64,000 nucleotides of DNA, taken from positions 248,001-312,000 of the forward strand of contig JAXLNO010000627.1 of assembly GCA_038087875.1 (NCBI GenBank). The letters are read 5' to 3'. Positions 54,501 through 64,000 of this stretch are shown one piece after another; the first letter of the stretch is position 1; each line of letters opens with the position of its first letter. Below the pieces are notes generated by a model. That model had not been told where the DNA came from and did not search any database. It was given only the letters and a program-made list of their open reading frames with translations. Both the position numbers and the translations under genes were made by a program. Source of the DNA: Malacoraja senta. Its lineage: Eukaryota.

Positions 54501-56918
54501 TGTTCGGCACGGACTTGAAGGGCCGAGATGGCCTGTTTCCGTGCTGTTATGGTTATATGGTTATATGGTTAAATATATAAAACTATGAGATGCATAGAGA
54601 AGGTAGACAGTCAGAATCTTTTTCCCATGGTGCGAATGTCAAAGTTGAGAGGGCAGAGCTTTAAGGTGAGAGGGGAAAACCGTAAAGGAGATGTGTGGGG
54701 CAAGTTTTACAATACGATACGACACGATAGAACTTTATTTAACCCAGGAGGGAAATTGATTTGCCAACAGTCATAAAAACACAAAACACATGAAACATGA
54801 AATTAAAGTGACGAGTGGAAAGGCCTGGGGGATGTGCAAAGATTACGTGGGAGGTGGGTGCGGAGGGGAGTCAGTCTCAGTCTACCCCACCACAGAAGGC
54901 GGAGGAGTTGAACAATTTGATAGCCACAGGGAAGAAAGATCTCCTGTGGCATTCTGTGCTGCATCTTGGTGGGACCAGTCTGTTGCTGAAGGTGGTCCTC
55001 AGGTTGATCAGTGTGTCACGGAGGGGGTGAGATGTATTTTCCAAGATGCTCCACAGTTTGAGGAGCATCCTCCCCTCCAAGACCATCTCCAGTGAATCCA
55101 ACTCCGCCCCCAGGACGGAGCCGGCCCTCCTGATGAGTTTGTTGATTCCGTTGGCATCCGCGGCCTTCCCCTGCTGCATTGAAAAAGATGGCACTGGCCA
55201 ACACCAATTGGTAGAACATATGCAGCTTCTTGCTGCAGATGTTGAAGGAACGGAGACTTCTCAGAAAGTACAGCCGGCTCTGTCCCTTCTTGTACAGGGC
55301 CTCAGCGTTCTTGGACCAGTCCACTTTACTGAAGATAGACACCAAATGCTGGAGTAACTCAGCGGGACAGTCAGCATCTCTGGAGAGAAGGAATGGGTGA
55401 AGTTTCAGGTCGAGACCCTACTCCAGACTGATGGTATTTGTACAAGGTATTTGTACTCCGTGGTAAACTGTTTAACAGACCATGGAGAGCATCTGCAACA
55501 CGCTGCCAAGGGCGGTGATGGAGCAGATAGGACAGTTCCTTCTCTCCAGAGATGTTGCCTGTCCCGCTGAGTTTACTCCAGCATTTTGCATTTGATCTCC
55601 TAGAAACATAGAAAAATAGATGCAGGAGTTGGCCAATCGGCCCTTCAAGCCAGCACTGCCATTCAATATGATCATGGCTGATCTACTAACATCAGTCCCC
55701 CCCCCCTCTCCCCCCTTCCTGCTTTTTCCCCATATCCCTTGATTCCTTTAGCCCTAAGCGCTAAATCTCTCTCCTGAAAAAAATCCAGTGAATTTGCCCA
55801 CCCCGCCCAGCTACACTAGTCCCACCTGCCTGCGCTTGGTCCATATCCCTCCAAACCCGGCCTATGCATGTACCTGTCTATCTGTTTCGTAAATGTTGGG
55901 ATAGTCCCTGCTTCAACTACCTCATCGGGCAGCACGTTCCATACACCCACCACACTATGTGTGAAAAAGTTACCCCTCAGATTCCTATTAAATCTTTTCC
56001 CCCTCACCTTAAACCTATATCCTCTGGTGTTCGATTCCCCTACTCTGGGCAAGAGACTCTGCATCTACCCGATCTAATCCTCTCATGATTTTATACACCA
56101 CTATAAGACCACGTTACAGTTTAGTTTATTGTCATGTGTACCGAGCTACAGTGAAAAGCTTTTGTTGAGAGCTAACCAGTCAGTGTAAAGACCGTACATG
56201 ATTACAATCAAGACGTTTTTGACATGTTTAGATACATGATAAGGGAATAATGTTTAGTGCAAGGCAAAGCCAGCAAAGTCCAGTCAAGGATAGTCCGAGG
56301 GTCACCAATTAGGTAAATAGTAGTTCAGCACTGTTCTCTGGTTGTGGTTGGATGGTTCAAGGTGTATCTGTGGTTAGTTTAGTTCAGTTTAGTTTAATGT
56401 CACGTGTACCGAGGTAAAGTGAAAAGCTTGTTCGCATGCTAACCGCAAGAAATTGCAGAAAGTTGTGGACGCAGCCCAGACCATCACACAAACCAACCTC
56501 CTTACCATCGACTCCATCTGCACCTCACGCTGCCTCGGCAAGGCCAGCAGCATAATCAAGGACCAGTCTCACCCCGGCCACTCCCTCTTCTCCCCTCTCC
56601 CATCGGGCAAAAGGTACAGAAGTGTGAAAACGCACACCTCCAGATTCATGGACAGTTTCTTCCCAGCTGTTATCAAGGAACTGAAGCATCCTACCACAAC
56701 TAGAGAGCAGTCCTGAACTGCTATCTACCTCATTGGAGACCATCGGACTATCTTTGATTGGACTTTGCTGGCTTAACCTTGCACTAAATGTTATTCCCTT
56801 ATCATGTATCTGTACACTGGACAGCTCAATTGTAATGATGTATTGCCTTTCTGCTGACTGGATAGCATGCAACAAAAGCTTTTCACTGTACCTCGGTACA
56901 CGTGACAATAAACTAAAC
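51576..56918. mobile_element. Nested CR1 and Rex1-like fragments in both orientations
   Basis: ORFs 51828-52094, 52091-52570, 54070-54453, 55016-55345 and 56453-56716 are LINE C-terminal peptides; (TAAAC)n tail ends at ~56919. Confidence 0.75.
53410..53720 (+). mobile_element. tRNA-derived V-SINE-like element
   Basis: GCTGCCTCACAGC, B-box-like GGGTTTGATCC, central TGGGTTTTCTCC..GGTTTCCTCCCAC, (TAAAC)n tail. Confidence 0.7.
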
Positions 56919-56957
56919 TGTAAAAACCGAAAACACACCTCTGGTTGTTCTTACAAG

Positions 56958-57053
56958 TAAGAGCTTCAATATTTGGATCGCAGTTTTGCTTACAGCAGGG
57001 ATAATACTGATCGCTGTGCTAGCTGGATTCTTCATCTACAAATATATACAACG
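56958..57053 (+). CDS. Transmembrane exon of an unidentified single-pass receptor (KSFNIWIAVLLTAGIILIAVLAGFFIYKYIQ-R)
   Basis: ~23-aa hydrophobic stretch followed by K/R; donor CG|GTAAGT in phase 2; 5' boundary uncertain (frame open from 56917). Confidence 0.65.
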
Positions 57054-57454
57054 GTAAGTGTAAATAAATCCACTTTTTTATTTCCAAATCCATCCCCTTG
57101 TCATCTGCTTCTTATGATTGCTTCTGCCAGGCTAATCTGTTCATAGACAGAAAATGCTGGAGTAATTCATCGGGTCAGGCAGCATCTCTGGAGAACGCGG
57201 ATAGGTAGAAAGTGCTGGAGTAACTCAGCAGGTCAGGCAGCATCTCTGTACAACGTGGACAGGTACAAAGTGCTGGAGTAACTCAGCGGGTCAGGCAGCA
57301 TCTATGGAGAACATGGATATGTAAAAAATGCTGGAATAACTCAGCGGGTCAGGCAGCATCCCTGGAGGTGAGGGAATAGGTGACATTTCAGGTTGGGACC
57401 TTCTTCAGACTGAAAGGTTGAGAAAGCCAGAACAAAACAGGGCCTGCACAGATG

Positions 57455-60093
57455 ACCTTTGGACTATTGTGAGCCGTTTTGGGCCCCATATCTGACGAAT
57501 TATGTGCTGGCTCTGGAGAGGGCCCAGAGGAGGTTTACGAGAATGATAGGGTTAACATATGATGACATTGACGGCACTGGGCCTGTACTCGCTGGAGTTT
57601 AGAAGGATGAGGTGGAACCTAATTGAAATTTAATGAATAGTGAATGGCCTAGATAGAGTGGATGTGGAGAGGATGTTTCCACTAGTCTAGGACCAGAGGC
57701 CACAGCCTCAGAATTAAATGACGTACCTTTAGGAAGGAGAAGAGGAGGAATTTCTTCAGTCAGAGGGTGGTGAATCTGTGGAATTCTTTGCCTCAGAAGG
57801 CTGTGGAGATCAAGTCAATTGATATGTTTAAGGCAGAGTGAGATAGGTTCTTGATCAGTACGGGTGTCAGGGTTATGGGGAGAGGCAGGAGAATGGGGTT
57901 AGGGGGGAGGGATAGATCAGCCATGATTGAATGGCGGAGTAGACTTGATGGGCGGAATGGCCTAATTCTGTTCCTTGAACTTATGAAGGGTGGAGCCCAC
58001 AATGGCCCATGGTTGGCTGGAGAAGGTGTGCTAAAGACATGGATAGATGGATGCAAACAGTGGAACTAGGAGGACGACTAGGGTGGGGGAGGGTGGGGGC
58101 GGAGAGAAGGGGAAATGAATGCAGGAGTTACATGAAATTTGAAATATCAACGGCATGGCCCCAGTTTGTAGTTGAAGAGTCCTAGAGTCACATAGTGTGG
58201 AAACAGGCCCTTCAGCCCAACTTGTCCATATCGGCCAACATGCCCCATCTGCACTAGTCCCACCTGCATGCGTTTGATCCATATCCCTCTAGACCTGTCC
58301 TATCCATCTACCTGTATAAATGTTTCATAAACATTACGCCCATGACTCAACTACCTCCTCCGGCAGCTCGTTCCATACACCCACCACCCTTAGTGTGAAA
58401 ATGTTAACCCTCAGGTTATTAAATCTCCCCCCCCCCCCCCCCGAACATCACCTTAAATCTCTGACCTCTGGTCCTCAATTCCCCTACTTTGGGCAAAAGG
58501 CTCTGTGCGTCTACCCGATCTACTCCTCTCATGATTTTAAACACCTCTATAAGATCATCCCTCATACTCCTGTGCTCCAAGGAATAGAGACCCAGCCTGA
58601 TCAACCTCTCCCTGTCGCTTAGGCCCATGAGTCCTGGCAACATCCACGTAAATCTTCTCTGCACCCTTTCGAACTTGACAACATCTCGCCGATAACATGG
58701 TGCCCAGAACTGAACACAATACTCTAAATGCATCCTCACCAGTTTAGACCTCATTGAAACCTACCGAATAGTGAAAGGCTTGGATAGAGTGGATGTGGAG
58801 AGGATTTCCACTAGTAGGAGAGTCTAGGACTAGTGGTCATAGCCTCAGAATTAAAGGACGTTCCTTTAGGAAGCTGATGAGAGGAATATCTTCAGTCAGA
58901 CGGTGGTCAATCTGTGGAATTCTTTGCTACAGAAGGCTGTGGAGGCCAAGTCAATGGATATTTTTTAAGGCAGAGATGGATAGGTTCTTGATTAGTATGG
59001 ATGGCAGGGGTTATGGGAAAAAGGCAGGAGAATGGGGTTAGGAGGAAGAGTTAGATCAGCCATGATTGAATGGCGGAGTAGTCTTGATGGGGCGAATGAA
59101 TTAATTCTGCTCCTATCATTAATGACATGATGTTATGACCAACGTCTCATACGACTGCAACTTTGTACTTGGACTTTGCTAATGTGCAGATGTGCTGTAA
59201 ATTTGGTGTGATCTCCTGTTGCTCCAGGAGGGAAGATGTGACAATGGAGAAGGCTTCAGGAAACCAAAACACCAATGTGACCTACTGCCCACACTCTGCC
59301 ACCAATCAGGTAGTGGATCTCTGCATTTAATCTCAACTACAGATGATACAAAAGTGAGCACAAAAAGCTGGAGTAACTCAGAGGGACATGCTGCATCTCT
59401 GGAGAGAAGGAACAGGTGATGTTTCGGGTCGAGCCAGTTCCTCAGACTCAAAGTCACGGGAATGGGAAACGAGAGCTTGAAACGGTTCTGAAAAGATTTA
59501 CGATGATGTTGCCGGGACTCGCGGGGCCTGACCTACAGGGAGAGGTTGAGCAGGCTGAGTCTCTATTCCTTGGAGCGTAAGGGGAAGAGGGGTGATCTTA
59601 TAGAGGTGTATAAAATCATGAGAGGAATAGATCGGATAGATGCACAGAGTCTCTTGCCCAGAGTAGGGGAATCGAGGACCAGACGACATAGGTTCAAAGT
59701 GAAGGGGAAAAAATCTGATGGGTAACTTTTTCACACAAAGGGTGGGTGTATGGAACGAGCTGCTGGAGGAGGTAGTTGAGGCTGAGACTATCCCAAAATT
59801 TAAGAAACGGTTAGAAAGGTACATGGACATGACAAGTTTGGAGGGATATGGACCAAGTACAGGCAGGTGGGACTAGTGTAGATGGGGCATGTTGGCCAGT
59901 GTGGGCAAGTTGGGCCGAAGGGCCTGTTTCCACACTGTATCACTCTATGACTATGTAGACGATGAGGTAGAGAGATACAGAACTATGAATGAAAGATATG
60001 CAAATAAAAGTAACGATAATAAAGGAAACAGGCCCCTGTTAGTGGTTTTTTGTTGGGTGAAAATGAGAAGCTAGTGCGACATGGGTGGGGGAG

Positions 60094-60133
<40 letters not shown>

Positions 60134-60300
60134 CTGGGCTACCTCAAGTGAAAGAAATCAATGTTCATATCACTGGGCTGTAAGCTGCCCAAGCGAAATA
60201 TGAGATGCTGTTCCTCCAATTTGCATTTAGCCTCACTCTGACAATGGAGAAGACCGAGGACAGAAAGGTCAGTGTGGGAATGGGAAGCAGAATTAGTGTT
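57455..60300. mobile_element. CR1 3' fragments and Penelope remnants in the receptor introns
   Basis: LEYCVQFW, LGLYSLE and RTRGH peptides; hammerhead module on the minus strand at ~59350-59447. Confidence 0.7.
59228..59309 (+). CDS. Cytoplasmic exon of the same receptor (REDVTMEKASGNQNTNVTYCPHSATNQ)
   Basis: Acceptor TCTCCTGTTGCTCCAG; donor CAG|GTAGTG; phase 2 in, phase 0 out, matching both neighbours; non-repetitive island. Confidence 0.6.
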
Positions 60301-60329
60301 CAGCAACGGGGGGTATTTATCTAACTACG

Positions 60330-60417
60330 TTAGAGTGTGTGAGAGATGGGTGAGTGGGAGAGAGAGAGAGAGAGAGTGGATGTGTGTGAAAGAGAGTTTG
60401 AGAGAGATGGAGACAGT

Positions 60418-60451
<34 letters not shown>

Positions 60452-60553
60452 GGGTGTGAGTGAAAGAGAGTTTGAGAGAGAGGAAGACAGTGCGAGAGGG
60501 GGGGAGAGAGAGGAAGGGAGGAAGAGGGAGAGAGGGAGGGAGGGAGAGAGAGG

Positions 60554-60629
<76 letters not shown>

Positions 60630-60730
60630 GTGAGTTGAAAGAGAGTTTGAGAGAGAGAGGGGGACAGTGCGAGAGGGGGACAGTGCGAGAGAGAGAGGAA
60701 GGGAGGGAGAGGGAGAGAGGGAGGGAGAGG

Positions 60731-60766
<36 letters not shown>

Positions 60767-60785
60767 GAGAGAGAGTGTGAGAGGA
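60330..60785. repeat. (GA)n-rich microsatellite
   Basis: Visible directly in the sequence. Confidence 0.95.
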
Positions 60786-60930
60786 GAACATAAACAACAT
60801 GCCTGAACCTGGGTGTGTGGGAGTTCAGGAGTTGTGAACCTTGTCGCTGATGGTAATTAAATGCCGGGCCACACCGCGCACTGCTCTGTACTAAACCCAC
60901 AACTGCCCGTCTGCTTCCCTTTCCTGCCAG

Positions 60931-61122
60931 AGCGCTGGGAGTAGAGAGGACGGGCCGGCCCCAGAGGAGCTGAAAGGAGGAGGGGAACCGGGAGAGGGGG
61001 AAGAGTGAGCGAGCGGCCGTGTACACCAACCTGCGGGAGCTGCCGAGCAGCGGAGACACCGGGCACAGTGGCGAGGGGGTGGAATACGCTGAGCTCTGGT
61101 TCCAGTCCAAGCAGGGGAAGGG
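60931..61122 (+). CDS. Cytoplasmic exon with tyrosine motifs; as assembled it stops at 61006-61008, and AVYTNL / VEYAEL follow in the +1 frame
   Basis: Strong acceptor CTGCTTCCCTTTCCTGCCAG; SAGSREDGPAPEELKGGGEPGEGEE*; G5 run at 60996-61000; possible donor GTGGGA at 61123. Confidence 0.55.
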
Positions 61123-61134
61123 GTGGGAGGGAGG

Positions 61135-61415
61135 AGGGAGGGGCAGTGAGGAGGGAGCGTCATGCTGTGGGAGGGGCGGTGATGAAGGAGGGCTCGGCTG
61201 TGGGAGGGGCGTGAGGAGGGAGCGCCGTGCTGAGGGGGAGGGGCGGTGAGGAGGGAGCGCCGTGCTGTGGGGGAGGCGTGAGGAGGGAGCGCCGTGCTGT
61301 GGGAGGGGCGGTGAGGAGGGAGCGCCGTGCTGTGGGGGAGGGGCGGTGAGGAGGGAGCGCCGTGCTGTGGGGGAGGGGCGGTGAGGAGGGAGGGGCGATG
61401 GGGAGGGAGCGCTGC
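61135..61415. repeat. GC-rich ~31-bp minisatellite, about 8 units
   Basis: GGGGCGGTGAGGAGGGAGCGCCGTGCTGTGGG units. Confidence 0.9.
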
Positions 61416-61894
61416 ACCAGCCTTAACTACCTTGGGTTTCATAGATTAATTAACCCTCTGTAGATGATATAGTGGGATAACATAGAACTAGTGTGTGAAC
61501 GGGTGATCGATGGTCGGTGCAGACATGGTGGGCCGAAGGGCCTGTTTCCGTGCTGTACATCTTTAAAAAAGCCTTTGTTTCTTTAGAACACAGACTGTTC
61601 CGGGTAACTATTGACATTGACAATAATTGCTTCTATTGACACTGGTCAAATGATAGTCTGTTAAACATAGTCTTCACCTGCAGTTACAAAATAGACTTGT
61701 AGCTATTAAATGAAGACCTTTATGTCTTGAAAACCCTGTGGGATTTTTGCTAATGCTATTGTGAAACTCTGAAACCCCCTCTTGCTCTTGTTGCGCCATG
61801 TTCTATAACAAGTTTCATAGCAAGCAGCTCTCTGTGTGGCATTGGTGAGTAATAATAATAATGAAATGCAGACGCTGGAAATCTGACAAAGGGT

Positions 61895-62190
61895 AAATCT
61901 CAGCGGTAAAGTTGCTGCCTCACAGCGCCAGAGACCCGGGTTCGAACCTGACCATGGGTGCTGTCTGTACGGAGTTTGTAGGTTCTCCCCGTGACCCATG
62001 TGGGTTTTCTCTGGGATCTTTGGTTTCCCCCACACTCCAAAGACGGGTAGGTTTGAAGGTTAATTGGCTTGCTGTACATGTAAATGGTCCCTGGTGTGTG
62101 TAGTGTGCGGGGATCACTGGTCGGCGCTGACTCAGTGGGCCGAAGGTCCTGATTCCGCGCTGTGTCTCTAAACTACACTAAACTAAAACT
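61895..62190 (+). mobile_element. tRNA-derived V-SINE-like element
   Basis: B-box GGTTCGAACC, same central domain and tail as 53410-53720. Confidence 0.75.
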
Positions 62191-62369
62191 AATCAGTCAT
62201 GGTCATCCAATAGTGGAGCAGGTGTAAGATTAATCCTGATACTATTTTTATATCATTACATGTTTTCTGCAGAGGATTTGGATTTGTTGCATTTGTAAAC
62301 AAAGAGATTAAAATGCTGAACCATTACAGTCACCTGTCTCAGAATTGTGTTTTAAACATCTCTTTTATT

Positions 62370-62905
62370 TGATTTTTGGTGTCCTAATTTGAGGAAGAAC
62401 ATTCTTGCTATTGAGGAAGTGCAGCATAGGTTCACCAGATTAATTCCTGGGATGCCGGGACTGACATATGATGAAAGAATGGATGGACTGTGCTTGTATT
62501 CACTGGAATTTAGAAGGATGAGAGGGCATCTTATAAAACATATAAAATCCTTAAGGGATTGAACAGGCTAGATGCAAGAAAACTGTTCCTGATGTTGGGG
62601 GGAGTCCAGAACCAGGGGTTACGGTTTAAGAATAAGGAGTAGGCCATTTGGGACTCAGATGAAGAAAATCGTTTTTACCCAGAGAGTTGTGAATCTGGGA
62701 ATTCTCTGCCACAGAAGGCAGTGGAGGCCAATTCACTGGATGTTTTCAAGAGATAGGTTTAGCTCTTTGGGCTAACGGAATTAAGGGATATGGGGAGAAA
62801 GCAGGAACGGGGTACTGATTTTGGATGATCAGCCGTGATCATATTGAATGACGGTGCTGGTTCGAAGGGCCAAATAGCCTACTCCTGCACCTGTTTTCTA
62901 TGTTT
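62370..62905 (+). mobile_element. CR1 3' fragment
   Basis: Matches the CR1 3' end at 19660-20190. Confidence 0.85.
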
Positions 62906-62999
62906 CCGCGCTGTATCTCTAAACTAAACTAAAGCCTTCCTATTACATTCCCATCTGAATATCTTGTAAAAGTCACGATTGTGTCCTTTCTAAAGCTTC

Positions 63000-64000
63000 C
63001 TTTTTTAAAATTTTCAAAATGTACTTTATTTGAGAAATAAATATATCCAATACATGATCCTTACAAGACTCCATCCAACATTCTCGGAGGCTATACATAC
63101 ATTCAATAATGTTTACACAAATTACACAAATGTATCCCCCACCCTTGCCACTCATGTGGCCCACTGACGCGGAATCCCTTCCCTTATTTTTGAGGGATGT
63201 CTCCACCACATCCTGTCCCCCATGTCCAGCAGCGGAAGGACCCTAGACTGTGGTCCTCCGTCACGGAGCCTTTTTTTAAATAATCAAAAAATTTAATCAA
63301 TTATTAAAACTAATATTTACAATAAAATAAAACAAAACAGAACCCACCACCATAATACAAGACCAACGAATATACTAAATAAACTACTGTACACCTATGT
63401 TACACTCCTTGTCAAGGATGCATTCAACCCCCCGCGGTGCCCAACGGTCCCGGAAATCCCCCAGGGTGCCCGTAGTTCCTCTCTAACACCACCCGGCAAG
63501 GACGTAACCCCGGAAAAGTAGAAGGCAGCCGGCTCGGGCTGGCACCGTGACTCGCCTGGCACCGTGACTCGCGGATGGCCAGCTTGGCCAGGCCCAGGAG
63601 CAACCCAACCAGGACATCTTCAGCCCAACCCTCTCCCCTACGCACAGGGTGTCCAAAGATGAGGATGGTGGGTGAGAAATGCAGCCAGAAGGCAAGGAGC
63701 AGCCCCTTTAGATATTGGAACGGACTGCAGCCTCACACACTCCATATAAACATGGTACACAGATTCTTCCAGCATGCAAAAGTGGCAGGTGGCTGGCGAG
63801 TCTGTGAACCGCGAGAGAAACAGGTTGCAGGGGACTCCTCGGTGCAATACCCTCCACCCCAGGTCCCCGATGTAGAGGGGGAGAATCACTGCGTAGATGG
63901 TCTCCCCCACCTCCCCAAACTCCCCCCCCCCCACCGAGCCTTGGCGTTTGCTGCACCAAGATTCAGTGCGTCCCTCAGCATGTACTCCTGCAGTCTGCAA
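63000..64000 (-). mobile_element. Tx1/L1-clade LINE 3' fragment
   Basis: DLGWRVLH..CHFC..EESVYHVYMEC zinc knuckle and LLLGLAKLAI; AATAAA and poly(A)-like ends on the minus strand. Confidence 0.7.

Noticed and set aside
39328..60954. Peptide GSREDG occurs in both the MLANA-like exon and the receptor exon
   Set aside because: The codons differ (TCG versus AGT for Ser) and the flanks are unrelated; treated as coincidence
61895..61955. tRNA gene
   Set aside because: The B-box belongs to a SINE head followed by a SINE body and tail; no full cloverleaf

Overview
Repeat-dense vertebrate genomic DNA. The repeat mix (CR1, Rex1/Babar, RTE, Vingi, Tx1, L2, Penelope, V-SINE-like, hAT, Helentron-like) and the GPR139-like receptor point to a cartilaginous fish, probably a skate or ray (inference). 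There is one 200-N gap at 28360-28559. Three host genes were pieced together by eye from splice signals; the ORF track misses most of their exons. (1) An apparently intact two-exon, 325-aa GPR139-like class A GPCR (+; 10773-10851 joined to 21392-22290) with a TATA box. (2) A Melan-A/MART-1 (MLANA)-like gene (-; coding exons 39385-39312 and 37162-37069) with an upstream MITF-type M-box and an in-frame TAG at the conserved juxtamembrane Tyr. (3) An unidentified single-pass membrane receptor (+; TM exon ending 57053, exon 59228-59309, exon starting 60931) whose tyrosine motifs (AVYTNL and the ITIM VEYAEL) lie one base out of frame, just past a G-homopolymer. A Penelope GIY-YIG fragment and about 10 dispersed short copies of its 3' module carry a minimal hammerhead-ribozyme core. 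Repeat boundaries are approximate, and no database searches were run.
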